A DNA stretch of 64,000 nt from Candidatus Omnitrophota bacterium (lineage in GTDB: Bacteria > Omnitrophota > Gorgyraeia > VGKH01). Below are positions 39,414 through 47,641 of the stretch, one piece after another. Within the stretch, counting starts at the first letter, position 1, and every line of letters starts with the position of its first letter. The position numbers and the translations under genes are program-made. The notes beneath the pieces were generated by a model. The model was not told where the DNA came from, did no database searches, and saw nothing but the letters and a program-made list of their open reading frames with translations. The stretch spans positions 90,850 to 154,849 of the forward strand of contig JAKLEP010000001.1 in the NCBI GenBank assembly GCA_022703055.1. The letters are read 5' to 3'.

Positions 39414-40796
39414 TTGATAAAAAGGCTTTTTATTTTAATTTTTATATCTCTGGCTGCCTATATAATAGGCATCCATACAGGCCTTAGTTCTCATCAGGCT
39501 ACTTCTGTAGCCATATTTTGTGTCTCGATCATGGGCACGTTATTATTTTGGACTTTTCGTCTCACCTTCGCCTTCTTGGGCACATCCATTCTCTTGATAA
39601 CCCAAACGATAGATGTGGATAATCTTATAAAATCTTCTTCTTTGGAAGTCATACTTTTTCTCGTCGGCATGATGGTTATAGTCGGATTCTTAAAAGACGC
39701 AGGATTCTTTGCCTGGTTGGTAAGTTTGATACTGCGTATTCGGAATCTTACGGCGGAGAAATTCCTTATATTGATTTCGGTCATATCGGCGCTATTGGCT
39801 TGCGCGGTTGATGAAGTGACCGCAATTATTTTTATAATTGCTGCTATTTTGGAGATCTGTGATTATTTCGAGGTTAACCCTGCGCCGTTTCTGATAATTT
39901 CGGTTTTAGCGACTAATATCGGCTCAAGCGGCACTGTTTTGGGAAACCCGATAGGTATAATTATCGCTACTAAATCCGGCTTGACCTTTGAAGATTTCCT
40001 GGTAAAAGCATTCCCTTTGATGTTGGTTTGTCTTTTTGTGACGATTGCAATATTGAATATTTGGTTTAGAAAGACATTGATAGAATTAGACCATAAGATT
40101 AAAGAGTTCGGAGCCAACGACATGTTGATAAAGCTTATCTCTGTTCCCCCGGAGAGAGAATTAAAAATTGGCCTGGCGATTTTTGGTGCTACTTTATGCG
40201 CTATTTCTTTGCATCGTCGAATGGAGTTATTCTGGGGGCTTCAACACAACACTGTACTTTTGGTTCTGCCACTAATCTCGAGCGGAGGCATCATGGCCTG
40301 GAAATGGAAAAAGGCACGTGAATACATCGAAAAGGATGTTGATTGGTGGACGCTTCTATTTTTCTTGCTTCTTTTTGCCCAGGCAGGAACCTTAAAGTTT
40401 ACTGGCGCAACCGATGTTTTTGCCCAGAAAATATCAATGTTGGTTCGAAGTAATTCAACGCTTTTGACTGGATTTGTCCTTTGGACAAGTACTATAGGCT
40501 CCAGCATCCTGGATAACGTGGTTCTGGTCGCCGCTTTTATTCCTATTATTCAAAGTTTGCAGGAGATAGGCTTTAATATACAAGCGCTTTGGTGGGCGCT
40601 TTTGTTCGGAGGATGCCTCGGCGGGAATATCACTATGATTGGCTCAACGGCAAACATCGTTGCATTAGGTATTTTAGAGAAGGAAAGAAACGCTAAGGTT
40701 AGTTTTTTGAGGTGGCTTAAGGTTGGTTTCGTGGTGGGGGTCATAACGACATTGATTGTTTGGCTGGGACTAATTGTATTGCCTTTTTATAAATAG
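39414..40796 (+). CDS. ArsB/NhaD-superfamily anion permease, copy 2 (tandem paralog)
   Basis: 460 aa with a TTG start. Aligns with copy 1 end to end without gaps and with long identical blocks (e.g. VILFLVGMMV, DAGFFAW, LILRIRN, WWTLLFF.LLFAQAGTLK). Confidence 0.75.
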   Translation: MIKRLFILIFISLAAYIIGIHTGLSSHQATSVAIFCVSIMGTLLFWTFRLTFAFLGTSILLITQTIDVDNLIKSSSLEVILFLVGMMVIVGFLKDAGFFAWLVSLILRIRNLTAEKFLILISVISALLACAVDEVTAIIFIIAAILEICDYFEVNPAPFLIISVLATNIGSSGTVLGNPIGIIIATKSGLTFEDFLVKAFPLMLVCLFVTIAILNIWFRKTLIELDHKIKEFGANDMLIKLISVPPERELKIGLAIFGATLCAISLHRRMELFWGLQHNTVLLVLPLISSGGIMAWKWKKAREYIEKDVDWWTLLFFLLLFAQAGTLKFTGATDVFAQKISMLVRSNSTLLTGFVLWTSTIGSSILDNVVLVAAFIPIIQSLQEIGFNIQALWWALLFGGCLGGNITMIGSTANIVALGILEKERNAKVSFLRWLKVGFVVGVITTLIVWLGLIVLPFYK

Positions 40797-40804
40797 GAGA
40801 AAGT

Positions 40805-41425
40805 ATGAAGAAATTGCGCGGTTATTTTATTACTGGGCTTGCGGTATTCTTGCCGATAGCCATCACCATATATATCTTGGTTGTTGCGTTTAGATTCTTC
40901 GATAATATATTAGGTCGCTTTATTAATATTTACTTACTGAGGACCGGCGGAATTTATATCCCGGGCCTGGGCTTAATTCTGTTTATTTTGGTCGTTTTTC
41001 TTACAGGATTTTTTACCCGGCATTTTCTGGGAAGAAAGATTTTTCCTTTCTTTGAGAGGATTTTTCTATTGAAGCCGCCGTTAATACGCCAGATATACCC
41101 TTCAGTAAAGAAAATTATAAATCTTGTTTTATCTCAAGAAAAGCCTTCCTTTAAAAAAGCTGTATTAGTTGAGTATCCCAGAAAAGGAATCTATTCTTTG
41201 GGATTCGTTGCTAATGAAGGTATGAAAGAGGCTAAGGACAAGACTAATACTGATGATTTAGTCAATGTGCTCATACCAAGTTCTCCTAGCCCTTTTTCGG
41301 GGTATCTAATTATGGTCCCCAAAAAAGAATTAATATATTTAGATATTAGCATAGAGAAGGCTTTTGAATTGATAATTTCAGATGGAGTGCTTAACCCCGA
41401 GGATATCGCAGATAAGCCAGTCTGA
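40805..41425 (+). CDS. DUF502 family membrane protein
   Basis: 206 aa. Two N-terminal TM helices and a conserved IPGLGLILFILVVFLTGF...YPRKG..SLGFV...V.IPSSPSPFSGY pattern. Confidence 0.7.
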   Translation: MKKLRGYFITGLAVFLPIAITIYILVVAFRFFDNILGRFINIYLLRTGGIYIPGLGLILFILVVFLTGFFTRHFLGRKIFPFFERIFLLKPPLIRQIYPSVKKIINLVLSQEKPSFKKAVLVEYPRKGIYSLGFVANEGMKEAKDKTNTDDLVNVLIPSSPSPFSGYLIMVPKKELIYLDISIEKAFELIISDGVLNPEDIADKPV

Positions 41426-41457
41426 TTCAATTCGTTTTAAATAATTTTATTTTTAGT

Positions 41458-42099
41458 ATGCTAAAGGACATAAAACTTATTATTTTTGACTTAGACGGAA
41501 CCATAGTTGATGCTTATGATGCCATCATCGATAGTTTCAACTATATGATGAAGAAATTGCATTTACCGTCGGCGGATCCGTTGGCTATCCGCAGGGCCGT
41601 TGGCTGGGGAGATAAGATGCTGCTTGTCCCGTTCGTCAAAAAAAGCCTGCTCAATAAGGCCTTGGATATTTATCGGCCGCATCATAGAAGAGCTTTATTA
41701 AAGAAATCCCATCTTATTTACGGAGCAAGAGGAATATTAACATATTTGAAATCCAAAGGATACAAACTTGCTGTTGCCAGTAATCGTCCTAGCGAATTCT
41801 CTAAAATTCTGGTCAGGCATTTAAAAATTGATAATTTCTTCGATTATATGTTGTGCGCTGACCAGCTAAAGCGCGGCAAGCCCGATCCCGAAATAATTCT
41901 TAAAATCGTAGATTTCTTTTCTGTAAGTAAACAACAGACCATTTATGTCGGGGATATGACAGTAGATGTGCAGGCAGCCAAAAGAGCGAAAGTGAAGTCC
42001 ATCGCCGTTTTAACCGGCTCAAGCTCTAAAGAAGAGATAAGGAAAAAGAAACCGAATTATATATTTAGAAATGTAAGCTATCTTAAAAGCATATTATGA
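41458..42099 (+). CDS. HAD-superfamily hydrolase (phosphoglycolate phosphatase-like)
   Basis: 213 aa. Motif I IIFDLDGTIVD, motif II VASNR, and motif III/IV K...YVGDMTVDVQAA. Confidence 0.8.
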   Translation: MLKDIKLIIFDLDGTIVDAYDAIIDSFNYMMKKLHLPSADPLAIRRAVGWGDKMLLVPFVKKSLLNKALDIYRPHHRRALLKKSHLIYGARGILTYLKSKGYKLAVASNRPSEFSKILVRHLKIDNFFDYMLCADQLKRGKPDPEIILKIVDFFSVSKQQTIYVGDMTVDVQAAKRAKVKSIAVLTGSSSKEEIRKKKPNYIFRNVSYLKSIL

Positions 42100-42629
42100 A
42101 GTTAAATAGAAAAACAATAGAGATAATTCTTGTTTTGATACTGATTATTTCAGTCGGATTTCTAATAAACGAGACGCGATACATTAATAGGGTCGAGTTT
42201 TTAACGCCCGTGGCTTATCAAGGAATGCCTATATTGCGCAATGATGCATACGGAAAAGGACATTTCGGTGCCAGGCGCAACGGCGGCAGGAAGCATGCAG
42301 GCGTGGATTTTCTTGCTGACGTAGGAACCGATGTTATGGCGGTAAGATCGGGGTGGGTAATTAATGCCGAATTTCATAAAGGGCTAGGAAATTATGTCGA
42401 GATCAGACATGCCGGGGATTTGATTAGTATTTATGGACATTTATCGGAGATTTCGGTTAAAAAAGGCCAGCGCGTTTATCAAGGGCAGATTGTGGGAAAA
42501 GTCGGAAAAACCGGCAACGCCAAAAACAAAGCAATACTACCGCATTTGCATTTTGAATTAAGAGTCGACAATAAGCCAATTGATCCTATGGAACATTTGA
42601 CTGGTTGCGATACGCCAAAAGAACAATAA
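42096..42629 (+). CDS. M23 family metallopeptidase
   Basis: 177 aa. HAGVDF, GNYVEIRH and PHLHFE zinc-ligand motifs. N-terminal TM anchor. Confidence 0.8.
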   Translation: MKLNRKTIEIILVLILIISVGFLINETRYINRVEFLTPVAYQGMPILRNDAYGKGHFGARRNGGRKHAGVDFLADVGTDVMAVRSGWVINAEFHKGLGNYVEIRHAGDLISIYGHLSEISVKKGQRVYQGQIVGKVGKTGNAKNKAILPHLHFELRVDNKPIDPMEHLTGCDTPKEQ

Positions 42630-42631
42630 TT

Positions 42632-43348
42632 ATGTTTTTATACGGGAAGAATTCAGTTTTTGAAAGAATAAAAAATAAACCCGAAAGCATAAGAAGGATA
42701 ATGCTAGAGGAGAATTTTGATGATTTGAAGATACTGGAGGCGATCAAGTCTTCAAAACTTCCCTTTGACCGCGTTGCAGAAAATAAATTATTAAGGATAA
42801 AACGGGCTGACCGCCTGCAGGGCATCATCGCAGAGGTCGATGAATTTAAATACGTAGATTTTGGCGATCTTTTATCCGAGGCGAAAGGAAATAATAAGAC
42901 TTTGATTTTCTTAGATAGCCTAAACGACCCACATAATCTCGGCACGATTATGCGCACTCTTGCTTGTTTTGGAGGGTTTGCTATAATTATACCGAAACAC
43001 GAGTCTTGCGAGATTAATGAGACGGTTTTACATGTTGCTAGCGGAGGAGAAAATTTTATCCCGGTTAGTTTAGTAACCAATCTTTCGACGGCGTTAATTG
43101 AGGCGAAGAAAGAAGGTTTCTGGGCAGTCGGGGCAGTGGTTGAAGGCGGAAGCGATATCTATAAGACAGACTTGGTTTTTCCCATGTGTCTTGTTTTGGG
43201 TTCGGAAGGGAAAGGTATCCGTCCCGGCTTAGAAAAACAGCTTGAGTTAAAACTCAAGATTCCCATGGCTGGAGCATCGCTTTCATTTAATGTTGCCATG
43301 GCAGCCACGATTTTTGCTTACGAAATAAACAGGCAGAGAAAAAGATGA
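42632..43348 (+). CDS. rlmB: 23S rRNA (guanosine-2'-O)-methyltransferase RlmB / TrmH-family SpoU methyltransferase
   Basis: I place the start at ATG 42632, just after the M23 stop. FLYGKNSV N-terminal substrate-binding domain, and SpoU motifs DPHNLGTIMRT, LVLGSEGKGI and SLNVAMA. Confidence 0.8.
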   Translation: MFLYGKNSVFERIKNKPESIRRIMLEENFDDLKILEAIKSSKLPFDRVAENKLLRIKRADRLQGIIAEVDEFKYVDFGDLLSEAKGNNKTLIFLDSLNDPHNLGTIMRTLACFGGFAIIIPKHESCEINETVLHVASGGENFIPVSLVTNLSTALIEAKKEGFWAVGAVVEGGSDIYKTDLVFPMCLVLGSEGKGIRPGLEKQLELKLKIPMAGASLSFNVAMAATIFAYEINRQRKR

Positions 43349-43923
43349 CCAAAGAGGACAAAGTAATTGATTTTATCAGCGAGGCAGGTCTGCTTAAATT
43401 AATTAAGCGTTCCGGCTGGTGGGTTTTGGGCATAAAAAATCCGGAAAGCGTAGCCGAACATAGTTTTCGCTGCGCGGTCCTCGGTTATGTTTTAGCCAAA
43501 ATGGAAAAAGCCGATTCTAGCAGAGTTTTGATGATGGCGCTTTTCAATGATATGCAGGAAGCCCGCATAAACGATTCGCATAAGATGGCTCAACGCTACA
43601 TCGAATACCAAAAGGCCGAGGATAAGGCATTTGGCGAGCAGATTAGTTTATTGCCGAATTCCATGAAAGACGAATTGTCTAAAATGCACAAAGAATACAG
43701 GAGCCAAAAAACCAAAGAAAGTATTATCGCAAGAGACGCCGATATATTAGAATGTTTAATACAGGCCAGGGAATATTTCGAAGATGGTTTTAAGCAGGCA
43801 GTAAAGTTCATGAGAAAAGCGCCGCAGCATCTTAAGTCCAAAAGCGCCAAGAGGCTTTGGAGGTTGGCAAGGGCCAAAGATTTGAATCTTTGGTGGGAAT
43901 CATTGAGCGATTTCAGGCGTTAA
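43345..43923 (+). CDS. HD-domain (YfbR-like) phosphohydrolase homolog with a variant metal motif
   Basis: 192 aa. ESVAEHSF and DADILECL match the family, but the central HD doublet reads ND (LFNDMQEA). Confidence 0.7.
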   Translation: MTKEDKVIDFISEAGLLKLIKRSGWWVLGIKNPESVAEHSFRCAVLGYVLAKMEKADSSRVLMMALFNDMQEARINDSHKMAQRYIEYQKAEDKAFGEQISLLPNSMKDELSKMHKEYRSQKTKESIIARDADILECLIQAREYFEDGFKQAVKFMRKAPQHLKSKSAKRLWRLARAKDLNLWWESLSDFRR

Positions 43924-43957
43924 TATAAATGGAGAAACTAATAAGAAAGGAGAATAA

Positions 43958-44728
43958 ATGAAAGAAAAATTATTCATTATTGCTATTTTGTTGGCAACCG
44001 TCAGCATCGCCATAAACTCTTTTATAACCGCAAGAAATACCCAAACCTTATTTCTAAAACCGCAGATTCAAGAAATAATGCTCAAGCAGACTTTGATAGA
44101 AAAGCAATTGGCAACGATGGAAATTACTTTAAATAAGTTGCAGGCTACTTTTGATTTCTTAGATAAAATGAAACCGCCTCCGGCAGAAGATTTTAGCAAA
44201 TTCTATAACATAGATTTAGGGCGCTCATTTGTAAAAGGCAACAAGAACGCTAAGGTTACTATCGTAGAATTCTCCGATTTTCAATGTCCGTTTTCCAAAA
44301 GATTCCATGCGGTCATCGAGGATGTGCTTAAGGCTTTCCCGAACGATGTCAAATTTGTATTTAAGAATTTTCCTCTGGCCATGCATCAGCAGGCGCGTTC
44401 AGCCGCCAAGGCTTCTTTAGCCGCAGGACTTCAGGGTAAATATTGGGAGATGGTGGATTTATTGTTTAAGAACAGCCCGGATTTTTCCGAAGAGAAATAT
44501 AAAGAGTGGGCGGGACAGTTAGGCCTTAACGTAGAAAAATTTATGCAAGACTACAAAGAGAAAGATGCGGAGTGGGAAAAGCTCATCAAAGATGACATGG
44601 CGCTTGCCGATTCGGTGGATGTACGTGGAACACCTACATTTTTTGTAAATGGTTTAAAGACTATGGCTAGAGACTTAGCCAGCTTCAAAGGCCAGATAGA
44701 TCTGATTCTAAAAGGAGGAGCTAAATGA
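43958..44728 (+). CDS. DsbA-family thioredoxin-fold protein with a CPFS (monothiol) active site
   Basis: 256 aa. N-terminal TM anchor, coiled region, then VEFSDFQCPFSKRFH and GTPTFFVNG (cis-Pro loop). Confidence 0.8.
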   Translation: MKEKLFIIAILLATVSIAINSFITARNTQTLFLKPQIQEIMLKQTLIEKQLATMEITLNKLQATFDFLDKMKPPPAEDFSKFYNIDLGRSFVKGNKNAKVTIVEFSDFQCPFSKRFHAVIEDVLKAFPNDVKFVFKNFPLAMHQQARSAAKASLAAGLQGKYWEMVDLLFKNSPDFSEEKYKEWAGQLGLNVEKFMQDYKEKDAEWEKLIKDDMALADSVDVRGTPTFFVNGLKTMARDLASFKGQIDLILKGGAK

Positions 44729-45108
44729 AAAGGATGACCCTTATTTTAGTTTCTATGATTTTTCTTGGCGGATGCATTTTTGTTTCCCAGAGCGTCATGG
44801 AGCAAAAACTAAAAGGCATAAGAGTTGGGATGGATAAAAGTGAAGTCATTAATGAATTAGGCAAGCCCATAAAAACAGAGTCTATTGTTATAGGGAGGCA
44901 GGAATATGAGAGCTGGAAGTATCCTGTCCAGAGAAAATGGGCAGGGAAAGTTGAGGCTCTGGGCGATTACTACTATGAAGTTCTGTTTTTAAAGGATAAA
45001 GTTTATCGCTGGGATTACATAAAGACACTTTCCCAACCTTCGTATAATTATCAACAGCCCGATTCAAGCAACGCGGTAGTGACTTCCATGGAGATTATTA
45101 AAGAATAA
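44725..45108 (+). CDS. small lipoprotein, SmpA/OmlA (BamE)-like
   Basis: 127 aa. Lipobox FLGGC. IRVGMDKSEVINELGKP resembles the BamE-fold motif. Confidence 0.45.
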   Translation: MKRMTLILVSMIFLGGCIFVSQSVMEQKLKGIRVGMDKSEVINELGKPIKTESIVIGRQEYESWKYPVQRKWAGKVEALGDYYYEVLFLKDKVYRWDYIKTLSQPSYNYQQPDSSNAVVTSMEIIKE

Positions 45109-45119
45109 GCTGAAGATAT

Positions 45120-47432
45120 TTAAGAGAAGTTTTTTATAACGAATAAACTTGAAAGCTTAAGCAGCGCCACCAGAAGGCAGGTTTTTAGTATCCCTATAAC
45201 GGGGATGAATGCGATAGGAACAAGCAAGCATCCGATACAGGATCCGATTAAATCCGCGGCATAAATTGCTCCCGCTGTTTGCCCGATAAAATCCTTGTCT
45301 TTCCAATAAATTTTGTTGGCCAAGGGGAATTCTGTTCCCGTCAGAAATCCGGACAAGACACTCAAAAAGAAGAATATCCAGCGCAAAAGCAATTGGTTAA
45401 TTCCAAGATTGTAGAGGCTTAATATTATAGGCAGGGCCACGGCGAATAATAAAAGTGCCGTCTCCAGTTGCAAAAAAAGCCTCAGCTCTTGTTTTATTTT
45501 TTCTAGATTACTATTGATTAATTGAGCGCCTAATGCCAAGCCCAACATAAATCCCGCCGTCAAAACCCCTATCCAGTAATAAAGAAAACCAAAGACTATC
45601 TGGAATCCTAATATTATGACTAATTGAAAGGTTATGCCGCTAAATCCGGTAATACCGATAATAAAAGCAATAGGGAGTCGTTTAAGTTTTTTTGTTTTCT
45701 TAAATATGAGAAAAATAATATTGAAGATAGCTATAATGATAAAGAGAGCCAAGAAGTTGATTTTATTTGCGGCATTAAAGAAATATTTTGTTTTCGGCGA
45801 AATCAGATTGTATAAAAGGTTTAGGTTCCAGAAAAGGCCACGGGGCGTGAAATCGCGGTTCAGTACATTTCTATCGGCTCCGGCAAGCGAACCTAAAAAC
45901 CATTGTTTCCAGTAAGGATCTAGCCTGAAATCGATATAGGCATCATTTAGAAGCCGTGTCTTTATATTGTATAATTTCTTCCAATTTTTAATATCTTGAG
46001 CCCTAATATTATCTAGTGCAAGTTCCTGTGATGCAATATAAATATTCGTTTCGCCGGGGATTACATTTACATTCTTGAAGCTTTTTTGGAGTGTCTTTAA
46101 GATAGAGGCGTTAATATTTTTTTGTGGGTTGCCCAGATAGACTAGCGAGCCCCAGCATTTTAAGACTATTATTCCTTTTTTATTCAGGATTTTATTCGCC
46201 TCTTTTAAAAATTCTAAGGTGTAGAAACGGTTAAGCTGCAGGGATGAGGGCATGCCCAGGTTTACAAAAATAACGTCGTAGGTATCTTCGGAGTTTTTAA
46301 CAAAGCTTCTGCCGTCTTGAAATTTTATATGGACTCTATTATCCATTAGTTCTTTGAAAGTAAGCGCAGTGGGGAATTTATTAACCAGCTCTATTATGAG
46401 AGGGTCAAGTTCGACATAATCTATCTTTTGTGCTGGATATTTTAGAATTTCGGTAAGCATTCCGCCGACAGCCGAGCTTATTATTAGAATCTTTTTCGGC
46501 GAAGGATGCATAAGCATTGGAAAATGCGTAAAATCCTCAATAGATGCGATATCGGGGACAGGCGTAGTTACCGTCGGTGAGCCGTTTGAGAAAAAAGTGA
46601 ATTGTCTTTCTTTCTTTATTACCGTTATATTACCGTAGATGGAATTCTTATAGGCAACTACATTTTCTTTATTCCATTGCCTAGATATCGATTGTTTTTC
46701 CAGAACACCGACTTTGCCCGATATCTGGATAGAAATATTAAGCACTAAAATGGCGAGAAGGGCAGTTTTTAATAAAAGATTCTTTTTTATTCCCGGGTTA
46801 AGGCTAAATTCAAGAAAGGCCGCTGAAATAATACAAAGCATGCTTAATAGAAAGGCTATCTGGAAAGAATTAAGGAATTTCAAAAAAAGATAGGTAAAGA
46901 TTAAGCCGCCTGCAAGCATGCCCAAGGCCTCAAGGATATATACTTTGCCAATCGAAGAAGCCCGAGCTTCTTTTATTGAAGAATATAATTTGCAGCCAAA
47001 GGAGAATTGCGCTCCGTCGATAACCGCTATAGGCGTAAGGACAAAAATGCAGGCTACAAACATCGGGACTACGGAGATAACCTCTCCTGTTGTGATATGA
47101 AATATCTGTCTGGTTAATCTCAGTATCCATATGCTTATTGGTAAAGATAGGCCGAGGATCACCTGCAATAGAATGTAACTTAAACCCAGTTCTTTTATTT
47201 TATCGGCGAGACGGCCAATTACGCCGCTACCTATAGCCTCAAGTATGAGCCAGTTGGTCAAAATTATGCCGAGGGTGAGTTCGTTTCCGTTAAAGATTAT
47301 CAGGAATTCGCGGATGAGAAGTATTTGCATAATTATGGCAATGAAGCCGCGAATAAAAAGCGCAGTGTCTATTGCCTGGTAAGATAATCTCTTCATAACT
47401 TGAATATTAACAGAAGTTTTTGTTTTTTTCAA
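45120..47432 (-). CDS. polytopic membrane protein fused to a spermidine synthase-like (SAM-dependent aminopropyl/methyltransferase fold) domain
   Basis: 770 aa. About 7 N-terminal TM helices, a central soluble domain with KKILIISSAVGGMLTEILKYP..KIDYVELDP (Rossmann SAM/dcSAM motif) and YDVIFVNL, then about 6 more TM helices. Confidence 0.7.
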   Translation of the reverse strand: MKKTKTSVNIQVMKRLSYQAIDTALFIRGFIAIIMQILLIREFLIIFNGNELTLGIILTNWLILEAIGSGVIGRLADKIKELGLSYILLQVILGLSLPISIWILRLTRQIFHITTGEVISVVPMFVACIFVLTPIAVIDGAQFSFGCKLYSSIKEARASSIGKVYILEALGMLAGGLIFTYLFLKFLNSFQIAFLLSMLCIISAAFLEFSLNPGIKKNLLLKTALLAILVLNISIQISGKVGVLEKQSISRQWNKENVVAYKNSIYGNITVIKKERQFTFFSNGSPTVTTPVPDIASIEDFTHFPMLMHPSPKKILIISSAVGGMLTEILKYPAQKIDYVELDPLIIELVNKFPTALTFKELMDNRVHIKFQDGRSFVKNSEDTYDVIFVNLGMPSSLQLNRFYTLEFLKEANKILNKKGIIVLKCWGSLVYLGNPQKNINASILKTLQKSFKNVNVIPGETNIYIASQELALDNIRAQDIKNWKKLYNIKTRLLNDAYIDFRLDPYWKQWFLGSLAGADRNVLNRDFTPRGLFWNLNLLYNLISPKTKYFFNAANKINFLALFIIIAIFNIIFLIFKKTKKLKRLPIAFIIGITGFSGITFQLVIILGFQIVFGFLYYWIGVLTAGFMLGLALGAQLINSNLEKIKQELRLFLQLETALLLFAVALPIILSLYNLGINQLLLRWIFFFLSVLSGFLTGTEFPLANKIYWKDKDFIGQTAGAIYAADLIGSCIGCLLVPIAFIPVIGILKTCLLVALLKLSSLFVIKNFS

Positions 47433-47476
47433 CGAAAAGCTTCGCAGTCCAAACGATAAAAGAAAACCAATTTTTC

Positions 47477-47505
47477 TTGATTAAGCCCAGATTATTTGCT
47501 AAATT
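47477..47505 (+). promoter_or_regulatory. sigma70-like promoter (TTGATT, 17-nt spacer, TAAATT)
   Basis: Located in the divergent gap between the minus-strand 770-aa gene and the small peptide/hppA genes. Confidence 0.5.
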
Positions 47506-47524
47506 AAACAAAAAAGGAGCTGCT

Positions 47525-47605
47525 ATGGGTAAAAGAAAAAGAAGAGGTAAGCTTAATTGGCGCTCAAAAAGGGCCAATAAGGGTACAAAACCGGGTAGGG
47601 GTTAG
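47525..47605 (+). CDS. 26-aa highly basic peptide (MGKRKRRGKLNWRSKRANKGTKPGRG), possibly ribosomal protein THX-like
   Basis: AAGGAG RBS at 47514-47519, 5 nt before the ATG, with a promoter-like element upstream. 12 of 26 residues are K/R. The MGK...RRGK(L/I).W pattern is reminiscent of bTHX. Confidence 0.45.
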   Translation: MGKRKRRGKLNWRSKRANKGTKPGRG

Positions 47606-47641
47606 TTTTAACAAACAACTTGGGGAAGGAGAGAGGTTCAA

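Noticed and set aside
37986-40796. Tandem permease genes as a possible assembly-collapsed or recently amplified repeat
   Set aside because: The two copies differ at many positions at both the DNA and protein level and have different start codons and RBS contexts. They are therefore genuine diverged paralogs rather than an assembly artefact or a recent amplification.
42586-43080. 164-aa minus-strand ORF
   Set aside because: It is fully antisense to the well-supported rlmB (SpoU motifs) and the end of the M23 peptidase gene. Its composition is low-complexity and Ser/Ile/Phe-rich, typical of antisense frames in AT-rich DNA.
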